A stretch of 64,000 bases of DNA, taken from assembly GCF_964355755.1 (NCBI RefSeq), contig NC_092675.1, positions 18,448,912-18,512,911 of the forward strand, in the 5' to 3' direction. How positions within the stretch are numbered: the first letter of the stretch is position 1; every line of letters begins with the position of its first letter. Of the stretch, positions 1 to 13,500 are shown in pieces. Under the pieces are notes generated by a model. That model made no database searches. It was not told where the DNA came from and saw only the letters and a list, made by a program, of their open reading frames with translations. This stretch comes from Antedon mediterranea (lineage: Eukaryota > Animalia > Echinodermata). Made by a program: the position numbers and the translations under genes.

Positions 1-264
1 ATAAGTTGTCAAGAAGGAAAATTGGCTTGCATAAAATTCAGAAATCACATAATGTAATTTAACTATCAAGCATATACATAATACATATATTACACATCCG
101 AGTATATCCTTACCATCTGATTAGTTAGTTCAGTGCCGTTCAGTATACAAGTTCTACGGTACGCAAAAGCGGCGCGGTGCCTTTTTAAATAGCATAGCCT
201 CGCGTCTAAAATTTTACATAGATGTCCGATGAAAGCAGCAGATTAGTTGAAAAAAAGTTTACTT

Positions 265-384
265 CAAACTTTATGTGACAAAAACATGAGATGTGCCCAC
301 ATATGGATATGGATACGATGACATCATATCACTACCATTATTTAGGCACATCACACTTTTTTTGTCGAACTAGTTTGATAGTAT
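265..384. mobile_element. Partial copy of the palindromic MITE also found at 57699..57858
   Basis: Shares caaactttatgtgacaaaaa...catatcactacca...ggcacatca...agtttgatagt. Confidence 0.7.
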
Positions 385-1562
385 AGGTAGGTAGATAGTA
401 TAGGTAGGTAGATAGTATAGGTAGGTAGATAGTATAGGTAGGTAGATAGTATAGGTAGATAGTATAGGTAGGTAGATAGTATAGGTAGGTAGATAGTATA
501 GGTATGTAGATAGTATAGGTATGTAGATAGTATAGGTAGGTAGATAGTATAGGTAGGTAGATAGTATAGGTAGGTAGATAGTATAGGTAGGTAGATAGTA
601 TATGTATGTAGATAGTATAGGTAGGTAGATAGTATAGGTAGGTAGATAGTATAGGTATGTAGATAGTATAGGTATGTAGATAGTATAGGTAGGTAGATAG
701 TATAGGTAGGTAGATAGTATAGGTAGGTAGATAGTATAGGTAGGTAGATAGTATAGGTAGGTAGATAGTATAGGTAGGTAGATAGTATAGGTAGGTAGAT
801 AGTATAGGTATGTAGATAGTATAGGTATGTAGATAGTATAGGTAGGTAGATAGTATAGGTAGGTAGATAGTATAGGTAGGTAGATAGTATAGGTAGGTAG
901 ATAGTATAGGTAGGTAGATAGTATAGGTAGGTAGATAGTATAGGTAGGTAGATAGTATAGGTAGGTAGATAGTATAGGTAGGTAGATAGTATAGGTAGGT
1001 AGATAGTATAGGTAGGTAGATAGTATAGGTAGGTAGATAGTATAGGTAGGTAGATAGTATAGGTAGGTAGATAGTATAGGTAGGTAGATAGTATAGGTAG
1101 GTAGATAGTATATGTAGGTAAATAGTATAGGTAGGTAAATAGTATAGGTAGGTAGATAGTATAGGTAGGTAGATAGTATAGGTAGGTAGATAGTATAGGT
1201 AGGTAGATAGTATAGGTAGGTAGATAGTATATGTAGGTAGATAGTATAGGTAGGTAGATAGTATAGGTAGGTAGATAGTATAGGTAGGTAGATAGTATAG
1301 GTAGGTAGATAGTATAGGTAGGTAGATAGTATAGGTAGGTAGATAGTATAGGTAGGTAGATAGTATCGGTAGGTAGATAGTATAGGTAGGTAGATAGTAT
1401 AGGTAGGTAGATAGTATAGGTAGGTAGATAGTATAGGTAGGTAGATAGTATTGGTAGGTAGATAGTATAGGTAGGTAGATAGTATAGGTAGGTAGATAGT
1501 ATAGGTAGGTAGATAGTATCGGTAGGTAGATAGTATAGGTAGGTAGATAGTATATGTAGATA
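377..1562. repeat. 17-bp minisatellite (GATAGTATAGGTAGGTA), about 70 copies
   Basis: Directly visible; explains the 17-aa periodic ORF 351..1607. Confidence 0.97.
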
Positions 1563-4025
1563 ACTAGTAGGTGGGTACAAACAATAAAACGAATTTAAAA
1601 TATTCAAAATTGATGAAATATTAACATAATTAAAGGGTATGCCGCTTATATTAACAGATTCTTAAATACATGATATTATTAATATATGCCTATCAAAATA
1701 TATTGCACATAAAGCTGGTAAACTGAAATCATAGTGTTCTACAGAGCCCACATACAATAACATTTGCTTTTATAATTTATAGCAATCAAATAAAAATAAT
1801 AATTTGCAATTTGTATAAATATGTGATTATAAAATTTAGATGCATCTACACCAGCATAACATAAATTGGCGATTTCAGGGCACCCGGCCCATACTATAGA
1901 CGCCAATAATTCATGAGAGGCAATCTATTTGCAATCTAATCATGTTTTTCTAAATTCTAATTAGGTCTATATAAGCTTAAAATCTTATCTTAAATTCTAT
2001 TATATTGGAAGAGTGTTATTTACATAATATATACTGTCTCTATACCTTAAATAAAATACTCCAAATGAATATCAAGTGTTTCTATAGTGGATGAATATAA
2101 CATAGAACAGATATAGTCCATATTCACCAACATTGGACATTAATTATGTGTTGTTACCGTTGTCCATACTTCTAAATCCATAACGTTCATTGTTACATCT
2201 TTAGTATATACAATCATAATTATTATATCATTTACTCACATGATTTCAAAAGTTTTAAACAGATCATGCCAGCACGATTTAAAACGCATCAGATTAGATA
2301 TCTCGTAAAGTAGTAGGCCTAACATACGAAAGCAGTTACGTCCAAAGTTAAAAAAGAAAAGAGGAAACGAATACGGTAACTTATACAGTAGTATAATAAT
2401 AGTAATACACCTTTGCACTAGGGCTCCAGAGTATAGCATAATCAACGTTTCAGACTTGTAGAAATTACGTACGGATTGCAATATTATCAATATCATATGC
2501 TGATAACTAATTTATGTGTATATACGTAAACACATAAATGGTGTGTGGCTGATAGATATACATCTTCAATCATGCTTCAGAAGGGAAATCAAAAGGGATT
2601 GCCCAAATACAAAAATATACGCATACATAATCAGGCCTACTTAATTTGCATACCGTACGTTATATTAAGCTAAGCCTACGTCATTGCTTACTTTATAACA
2701 ACTTTTAAAACTACTTTTTACAGTGTCTACAGAATAATAATTTAACTAATCCCTAATACACAACTCCTTCTATATCATTCAATCATTGTGTATTAGGTGT
2801 TTAATTTGATCATGCTAAAAGGGTACTATGAGAAAATTTACCCCTTCTGTCGGTAAAATATCAACCATTCTATTTGCTTGTATTACGTTGTAAAACATAG
2901 TATTTGTAATTTGTTCATACCAAACCAGTAAAATATTGTGATACAACACACACATTAGGTGAGATTTTGTTACTTTGAACCATCTTCAGACTAACTTGCT
3001 ACACCATGTTTTCATTTAATGCATGTTTTCATGATCTTTTCTCTATTGGATTAAAAAAAAAGATGTTTCAATCTGTTTAACCTAGTTTACGTTCAAACAT
3101 CGGAGTTATATCGGAGTTGAAAATACGGAGTCTCTGGTGTTATCCGACCACAGTAGGCCTACTAGGTCGGATGTCACCCTGGCTTGTTTCGTATCATCAG
3201 CTTAAATCAGTTTTAAACATGCTTAATTCTAGTTCGTGTGAACACAGCTTTAGAGATGCGACAGCTGTCCTTATCTTCTTAAAACACTATATGGCGTGAC
3301 CAGTGCCGTGCTAACGTGCTACTGTATTTGCAAACGTTCATCAACATTCAACGTGCTTAGAAACATAATAACATCTATCTATCGACCATTATAAATACAT
3401 ACTATATATTTTTGAGTCGGTTTAATACCGTTATTGTAAGTTTCTTCATTTAGTAGGCTGATCTCGCATTCACATTGCTAGATTAACAATTCGCTGCAGC
3501 AATTCCAAATGTCCAAGAATCTATTATAGCAATTTATGGTGTTCAATTAACCTATATAATTTGTCCAATGTATGAACACATTCAAATAGTAAGTATTTTA
3601 AATTGTTATATAAAACAATTTATTATAAATGCCAATGTAATAGTTTTAAGTATTATCTTTAATCTAGAGTTGCACTCTCACAACAAGTTTTAACTTGTGT
3701 ACAAATGAATTCAATGAAGAGACTGCTGAATAATTTTAAACCTACACAATATTTAAATAATTTGATACATATTTTCAGATGCAAACAAATAAATGATCAC
3801 AAATGTGTGTCAACATTGTCGTTTTTCTGCTAGACAGTTTTCAAAATTCTTCATATTTAACAAAATATTAAAATATTAGAAGACTTCATACTAGTTCTTT
3901 ACGGTCTACATCACGTGACAACACGTGGTATATCATATTGGGTTTCAACATACCATACTAAATAATATTAGTTACAGTTTAATATTCGAAAATGTAATTG
4001 AAGAAAACATTATTAGTAAATCTGC

Positions 4026-4585
4026 CTAGGCTTCTTCGAAAAAAAGTCCCATAGCAGCTAATATAAAGAAAAGAGGAAAAACTGTATTAACTGTGACAAA
4101 TATTAGCAAGAGTGTTCTATCAACAATCGCTGCGCCATCTTTCCATTCTTCGGCTACTGATAGATCTTTCTCTTTTTGTCGTTTTCGCAAAGTTAAGAAT
4201 TCCAGACTTTTGGCAATTTTTCGAATTTCTTTTTCAACTTTCCATACTTCCTTTCTGAAGCAGCTTTGCGTTTGGTATGTATTATTGGATACGTATGTGC
4301 TGTCCAATAGGCTTTCGTTTTCCCCACTATGATAGCCGTTTGCAAGTTCTTCCAAATCAAGAGTTTCTTTTCGCAGCAACGATTGCTGGTAGTCAATGTG
4401 CCGCGTATTCATCTGAGAAGGGGAGGAAAAATTGCAGACGACACGAGCCAAAAAAGAGAAAATAAATTTACGTAACCAGGTTGGCATTTTCTCAAAAGAC
4501 GACTGCTGGTGAAATATATGTAAACTGACAACCGACATAATTACTGATAATGCTACCATTGCAATCATAACGATGAAGTATTTCC
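4026..4585 (-). CDS. nAChR coding exon 6 (M3, intracellular loop, M4, stop)
   Basis: ttttgcag acceptor; continues PIIG|KYF; ORF 4026..4568; TAG stop. Confidence 0.93.
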
Positions 4586-7500
4586 CTGCAAAAACAAAAC
4601 GTTTCTTATGAAAACTTATGTGAGCTAATTTGATTTACGAATTTATTCAAACAGTTGGAGTTCTGTTGCGCAATCAATGTCAATAATTTAACGTTCGATC
4701 TACTAGCAGGGGCAGTGAACTTATAAAAGTATGTCGGCTAAAGGGTTGCTGAACCTATGCTACTAGTGGGTAGAATAAGAATATAACATCTCAACTAATT
4801 ATTAATTTGTTAGGCAATTATGTTAGTAGAGAAGAATAACGCAGTGAAAGCGGAACCGTTTAGACAATTTGCTAATAAATTATGTTTCATCGGTTGACAT
4901 TTATTACACAATTCACGTGATCTGTAGTAAGCCATTTCCATCAGGAAGATTTTCAAAGATTACTTGTAAGAGTTCTTGAAAGTTAATGTCAATGAATATT
5001 TAATATAAATTGTTCAACTTCAGTTAAATTGCATTAAGTACAAGGAAGTCATGGGGCAAGGAATACAATTAAGAGCTTTTAGATATCGTTACATTGTATT
5101 GATGTAGTTTTTCGTGATTTTATATTGATTTCTCTCGGTTGTGTTTTTTTCCTCTGGTGAGTTGTTTTCGTATAAAAGATCACAACAAACATGATCGTAT
5201 GATTTTAAAAGAATCGAGTTTACCATAACACATGTTACTGAAATATTTGTTTTTCTGTTTTATTTGTTATGTCAACAATGAATGATTGTACAGTATAACT
5301 TATAAATCACAATATAAACAAAAATGCAAATTAATACAATAGAATTAATTAATACAAATATAATTGACTGTTGACTTACCAATGATTGGAAACGTGCCGT
5401 CAGAAGCTGGGGGAATACTTGCAAAAACCAGCTGGTTAAACACCACTAGAGAGAGCATGACCGTAATAGAGAGTGTCATCTTCTCTCCCGAGTCAGGTGG
5501 TAGATAAAACACAAATATTGACAGAAGCGATATCATAAGATATGGTAAAATCAAATTATAAATGTAAAAATCTGAATTTCTTTTCACAATCAAACTGAAT
5601 GTAAGCGTAGAGTATTTGTTTGGACAGCACGAATAACTATTTTCATCTCTTTTGATATCACATCCAATGAGATCCCATTCTCCATTCGGTTGATAACTCA
5701 TGATTTCTCCTTCCTCAACCCGACTTTGAATATCAACTTGTAGGGCGTCGTGAGCCCATGATCCAAATTTCAATTTACAAGATTGTGTATCAAACGGATA
5801 AAAAGTTAGATCGACTTTACAATAACATGTGTAGATATAAGGAGTTAAATATGTCACCGTTCCGTCAGATAAAACTGTTATTGGTAAAGGACTCCGGTAA
5901 TTGTCATCACTAACACTGAAATAATATATCAAATCATATAAATATTATATTTTACATTTAAAATGTCATGATCATAATTATTATGATGGCACCGTCTTCG
6001 TCATGCCATCATCATCATCATCATCATCATCATTATTGTCATCATCAATGCTGTCATTATACCATTATTAATTATCATTAATCACAACCTTTCATCATCA
6101 TGTATCTATAGATACTGACCTGTTGTATAATACTATATCTGGCCGCCATATTCGTTGTGACGGTATCCTTAGTATATTAGTACCGTTAAAGTCATCCGGG
6201 TCCCAAGTTAAGAACTCATCTTTCCACGACTAAATAAATAAATAAATAAATTAATTAATATACATAGGAAGTTTGTATTGCAGATTTGACTAATTTTTAA
6301 ACTTTAATACCTAAAATTGGAAAAATGTTGCTGTTTATAATAATAAGAGTGTATGTAATAAATTAAATAAAAATTGTAGACGAAAGCTATGACAATATAC
6401 ACACGGTGCTAGCAAATAAGACCATTTCACTGGATGTGTTATAGTTACTTCAATACTATACGACATTATCAAATTAATTGGTGCATCTCATCTCAGAAAT
6501 AATTTTGTTCTATCTCTTATATTTTTGTGATAAAACATAAACAAGATGCATACCTGTCGTAACCATGCGACAATTGTCACCTGTTGTTTAACTTCGTCCT
6601 AGTAACAAGAAACACATTTTAGTCAATAATATGTTTTACTAATTTTAGTCAATAATATGTTTTACTAATTTGTGTGTACATTACGATATTCCGGTGGTTT
6701 TCTTGTTTGTTTTGTTTTGGTTGAATTAAATCAGTATCAGCATTATAACATTTATCTTATTCCTTTCCACATGTAAGTGCACCAATAGACCACTATCACC
6801 ACACCAAAGGATTTGTATTCCCAATTTTATACCATTTGTAAGTAAGCAAATTAAATAAATACAAGGATTCACCATTATTGAGATGTGATTGAGAAACCAA
6901 AATGGATAATTGGGTGGGATAAGGCTTATAGGCTTGTATCGACCTGGAACTGAACGCCCTCAACGCATGCAACTCAAACAACTATTGCGCTTACAGTATG
7001 TCGACATATTTTGCGCAATCGTGGTGTGTTACTTTGAATTGAGATCAGGTGGTGAGATCAGTTGAGTTCAGTATGTCGACACAGGAGTTGATTTGAGTTC
7101 GAAGCCCATCTATAATGATGAAGCTATAAATGCAATATGCTAAAACAATATGTCAAAAAACAGATTGACATAATGTTTGTCTACAAATGTAATGTAATTA
7201 ATAGGCATGTGGATTTAATTAAATAAATAGCCCATATGGGAATTTGATTTAATGTATAATTTATTTTTTAGATGATTCTACTTTCTTTCTATACATCATG
7301 ACGAGTATTACCCAATAAAATTGATCAACAATAGCAACAACGAGAAATTAATAATACTGTACATCGTATGTCTAACTAATAAATTGATATATTTAAAGGC
7401 ATACACCTGTTAATAAATATTAATGTCGATGACTATGCAAATAATTCATAATAAACGTCTTTATGAATTACGCTATAGCCGGCCATGATTTTAAAACACA

Positions 7501-10500
7501 TGGTAAATTGATTAAATTATGTTTTAATAGGCCCTATCGTATGCAACGACTTTTAATTAATACCGATATATTATAAACATCGTGTTGACTCACACTATCA
7601 TCATGTAATTTGAACCTTATACACCGAACAACTTTTTATTCAAAAACTAAAAGATTTATTTATTATCATTATAAAACTTTATTGATTATTTTTAAATATT
7701 TTTAAATACTTCCTTTTTTTGTATAGTAATTTTTAGTAGTACTAATAGTTTTCTTTTGCTTGTTACTACTGTACTTGCTTTGTTTGTTTCCGCAATTTGT
7801 AAGTTATCGTCGTGAATTTTTGGGCGTTAATACATATACAGAACATGCAAATCGACGTCACAAATGCTTTTTACAATCTCGAGTTATTTTATCTTCAATA
7901 TGGATTTAAATAATACATAATGCGCCCTCTGTCGGTAAGTATGTTATTTATGGAAAAATTATCTCCATGGTTTATACACATGTAAAACGATTCTCTAATT
8001 TCATAATTAAGAAGAAAGAAAAAAGATAAACAAACGTTACGTTTACTAGAAAGGAAATTTTCTTTGATATTAGCAAATTTAGAGATGTGATAGAACATCC
8101 TCAATAATAGAACTAGGGAGATATTGTAGGCCTGCCACTGAGTCTGGGTTGAAGAAATACATTATTATTATTATTTTTAGTAATGAGGTTTTTTGCAATG
8201 TAAAGTTTTAGTATCTTTTCAGTTGTTTCCATCTATCTAAATGTGCTGGTTAAACGTGCTCTTTTCTTTGTATTTCATCTCCTATGTCATCACAACTAAA
8301 AAGTTTGATCAACTGTCGTTCTATTATTCAAAGACTAGATTCCGTTATCATGTAACACCATGATGGAATTAGTAACGCATTGGCAAATCTATGCGTTTTA
8401 AAACTAATGAAGCCCGGGGATTGCTGCAGTGACCGACTTTAAAATTGAAAGGGTCAACTTAGATCGTAAAATAACATTCTCAAAGGACAGAAGTGTAATC
8501 ATTCGTGGGTTTCTAAATAGTAAATTTGAAATGACATTTCTAACTACGCCATCGCAGAGATGACATGACCGATATCTGCAGTAATGAGGAAGGAGATGTG
8601 TGATCCATGGAGCTATAATGGTGAGATACTGCAGTAACTTAACGAACTACGCCATGATGACATGGTCGATGTCAAAAGTATATGCAAAAAGATGTAAGAT
8701 AATTCAGTAAAATGTAAGATAATCCAGTAAGATGTAAGATAATCCAGTAAGATGTAAGATAATCCAGTAACATGTAAGATAATTCAGTAAAAATAATCCA
8801 TAGTAATATAAAACTATACATATATACTAAACAAATACAACATTAACTTTACTAAAATAATTGAACTGTTGGTTGAAGTTTTAATTTAACAAAACCAATG
8901 TTATACGGTCTCAAAAACACATGTTTACCAAGCCCCCTTTCTGCACAAAAAATGTTCACGATCTCTCTTTATATTTAGTACAATGTAGTTAACAAAAATA
9001 ATCACCGTCGGCTCATTTGGTAAAAAAGCTCTCACAACTGACAATTACTACAATAATAACAGTGAGCATGATGAAATATCACAGCGTTATTTAAAAATTA
9101 CCGTAGGCCTATTATAAAATAAAATGTGTAAATGCAAACTGGTTATGCAATAGCTGCGTATAAGTACTGCTAATACATCAATTAAATAGCAAAGTACATG
9201 ATCAATCTCATCATAATGTAGACCTATCTGATCAGGATAACTCACTGATTAATTGTATCTTTATATGATTAATTTAATCCATTGCCAAGTCTTCTGACAA
9301 TAGTCTTTAGAAAATGATTGAGTTCATTTTAGTTTGGCACCGCACTTCTTGCCTTGAGTGATAAAGGTTGGTTTTTGATTGAAGATTGAAAATTACATTG
9401 CATATCAAAAAGGCGATTTTGATTAGATTTCTTTTTACTAATGAATTGCATTAGGATCAATTCAGGATCCTATAATTCTATGAATGAATGATTTGTATTG
9501 TATCGCTTCGCTCTATCGCTTTCAAATGGACAGTGCATGGCTTTCAGATTTATTGTCAATTCGCAAGGGGTATTTATTAGATAAAATTGAAGCATCACAA
9601 ACTCTTCTAATTCTAACGCATAAAACACATCAGAATTACCATAACCATCATATTCTTCATCACAATACGATCGTCATGTTGTCAAAAGTATCGTTACTAC
9701 CATCATCGTCAAACAAACGCAATATTATATTTAGTGTTCGCAAAAGTCAATATGATGTTCATCCGGAAATCTGGCACATGAAGGATGATATTGTTGTTAA
9801 ATTCGTTATTATAATGTTATTCTAATAGATAAGTTGGAAAGATCATTCCAATGTAATTTTGTATAGTCTATATACCATACAACTGCAGTTCGAATGTTCT
9901 CAATACATTACGCCCTCATTTTTCGAGGAAAATTAACTGAGCGCGAAAACCAAACCAATAGTTTAAAATCAAGTTTAGTTCAAAACTTTCCTCAAACTTT
10001 AGTAATAACAATGGTATCATGTTGATAATATTCAAAAAAATTGTATTACTGTACAACAAAGAGCGGAAAAAAGAGAGACAACTTAATGATAAGTCAAAAA
10101 ATGTTAAAAAACGTTAAGGTGATGGTAGATACAGTACACACAGTAACAAAATCAGAAACTCGTCAGAATGGTGCTTTCTGTCGTTGGATACTTTCATTAT
10201 TAAGAAATGCTTTCTATTATCCTTATGTAAATTTATATAATTAAGGATATGGATATAATTAGAATTGCAGATTTAATTATTAAACTAATATTATGTATAT
10301 TCATTCACGTACGCAGTACATTAAAAAAGCATTTCGATAACGCAAACATGAGATTAAGATTGATTGTCGGGCGTAATTTTTATGTCCGCTAAAATTATGC
10401 AATGCCATAATTTCATTTTTGTATTACCATGGTATAATTACGGTATCGCGTGTACAGATACAGTATCTTGAGTCTATATACCTATAATAGGCACAATTCC

Positions 10501-13500
10501 TTGTAAATGTATCTAATATCTCCATGGTGGTAGTTTGGCACCACGAAAGGACCTTTAGGGGCGATAAAAACACATTATGAACATATTTGTCTGGTTATGA
10601 CATTTTAGGCGTCAAATTTAAAACAAGTGTGGTTCTAATAGCAAAGAATTTGCCTGTTACTTGAAACATTTAGATACAGTACTGAATCGGTTTAAGGTAG
10701 TTACTCTACAGCGCTTTGATATACTGTATAAAGCTCAATATACATATTATATATAGAAACGTTTGTATTAGGCGCTAAATAAGTCAACTATTATCGTTAG
10801 TCCTATCATAAATAGGTCTTTTTTTCAAAATATTTGAAGATCATAGATTTGTACCATACACATCATTAGAAAAATATTTAACAAAGTGGGCTATATGTTC
10901 AAAGATTTTCATTTCACTTTGTTTTTTCAACCACTTTCTACGGTTGATTCTCCCCTGGGGTACTTGCCGAAGCTTTAAATCGGTAACGAAGATGAAGCCT
11001 GTAGCGGCTCCACACTAAGTGCAATTCATTTATTGATTCACGCTGACATCAAACTAAATGCATACAAGACTATATTTAATTCTTTAGTTGGAAATGTAAA
11101 TACCCTTAACAATGTTTGGCCTCTGGAGAAGCTAACATAGACAATAAATTTAACTTTAATCTGCATGTTCAGAATGTTCGTTACCAAATATAGGACTGTA
11201 CCCAATTTGCGTTGATGGTTTATAAGATAAGTTAGTTTTTTACTATCGTGTTATCTTGCCGCCTCTCCGCCGATTCACGTTAATGAATTAATCTATGTTT
11301 CTTTTGACCACCGCTTTTTAAGTTTACGTCATGCGTATGTCCCATGACAGCATTGTGTATGATTTTTCTGTTACAATAAAATAAAATAAGTAAAATAAAT
11401 CCAAGGTAACCGTAACAACTAATGACAATTATGGTAAGAAGAGGCTGATGCAGATGACGATAATGATGCTATCGGAGATAATAATAGTGTACAATGTTCA
11501 TGACAAATGACAAATGATATCGATGATTTAAATTACACTTTACACAATGAACCGTAGTACTAAAGTTGTAATGTAAATCAGTGTGTTTATTTGACATTAA
11601 ACAATTAACGACATTAATAATATTGATGGATATTAATTTTGGTCACAGCTGTTCTTAGCCAATCATGAGTACTTGTTATTAGATCAAAATAATAGTGGAG
11701 GTATGCTCCACACAATTTGCATAATATATATTTAAAAATGATGTAGAATTATTCTCGATTGTGCACTTGACTTTTGTCTAGGCTTATAACTTTTGTTTTC
11801 ATCCAAGCAAATGACACGACAATTACAGGATGCAAACAAAACATTATGTTTATGAGGTCTTAATTGCGCTTTAGAAAGTGGAGGTAAAACATTCGTGGGT
11901 TACAATGCTAGGATTATCACAACACTAAGTGAGGATTGAACCCTAGATCGTAAAAGGTAAATGTAGGCTGTTTCGTAGAAACATATAGTACGCCGATCCG
12001 TAATTTTAATATTATCCAATAATATTATCAAAATAGGCCTATATTAAAACCACCTAATAAATTCCAAAACATTAACTGAGTAGAAATTTACTCTAGAGTG
12101 TTACTATATTACCATTGATAAATTTCTCCATGCTATTACTTACTGGATGGAATGCTAACGGCACAATCCAATTTGTCCGAAGTGGTTGTCCGAAATGGAA
12201 ACACTTAATGGACCAATCGGTAATATCATGCTTCTGGTCAAGAGATATCGGTATTGGTGGTATTATGTTAACTTGGATATTTACTTAAATAACTGATGCC
12301 ACACGAAACATAATCTATTCATGTTATTTCATTTGATTTTCAATAGTTTGTTTGATATGGATACTATTCACGTGGTTTAACTTGACAAGTTCTGTCTATA
12401 TCGTCTTGTTGTGAAGGAAAATAATCCCCAAGGCGCGCACAACGTTCACAAATAGTTGTACAACGGAAATCTATACTCGAGTTTCTGGTCTACATTACAA
12501 ATATGGTTCTTCTTTATCTGCTTCATTAACGAAGCTTGTTTTTACACATCATAATCAAATTATTAATCATAATAAAAATAAAATTAGACTCGCGAACCTC
12601 GCTTGACATGGATCTGTAGTAGAGGTGACTGGAATCGAGTTCACCTGTGTGTGATATATAGTTTCATGTTAACACGTATTATACAAAATGCTCATGTTGC
12701 ACAAGACATTTTACAATATTAATAATAGTTTATTGGTCTCATAATATAGTGCATGCATATGCCTGGGTGTCGCTGTCGGTCAGTGACTGAACAGACCTCT
12801 ACACGTGGAATACTTTCTACTCATTTTCTCGTACTGCAAGGTATTCCACACTTTGTGCAGCTGATATCACTGTATTCGGTACGACGCAGCATACGATAGG
12901 GTAAACACAGAACGGATATAATACGTATGAAAGATAGACAAGGCAATTGATACTCTATTGACTTAATTTAAAAACAAAATAAGGGAGTATTGTCAGGGAG
13001 TTTAATCACATAGAAAAACACAACTCTATCAGGGTTTAGGAGACGACAAGACACGCCATTTTCCTCAACACTGCTTTGGATTAGGACAACTTTGCTAAAT
13101 TATTAGGGTCTAATCTGGGGCACTTGATTTTGGTTTTCATGTATCTATTCCTCACCACAATTGATCCTGATGATCCTTATATTTGGTTATTTGGATAGTG
13201 AGTGAGTGAATTTGGACATTCACTCACTCAAGCCTCTTAACACAAAGTTTACTTCTCTTTACATATATAATCATTCCGGTGTGGGGAATTGAAACACATT
13301 CCATTGTACATAACGTCAAGAAATAGTGGAGTTTTTTTATGCACGTATCTGGGAGAGCAGGAATGTGATACCAAAACATAATATATAAACATAGACCTAC
13401 TTCATATTAAACCAAAGAACTTATAACACAAGAATCTCCTGTTCGTCCAAAGCGCGTAACAATTTCGAAAGGCATTGTGGGATAGAATAGAGCTAATGGG

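Noticed and set aside
351-1607. 418-aa ORF
   Set aside because: It is a translation of the 17-bp minisatellite; the minus strand simply lacks stop codons.
13200-13230. Perfect hairpin tgagtgagtgaat...attcactcactca
   Set aside because: Built from a simple TGAG repeat with no supporting context for function.
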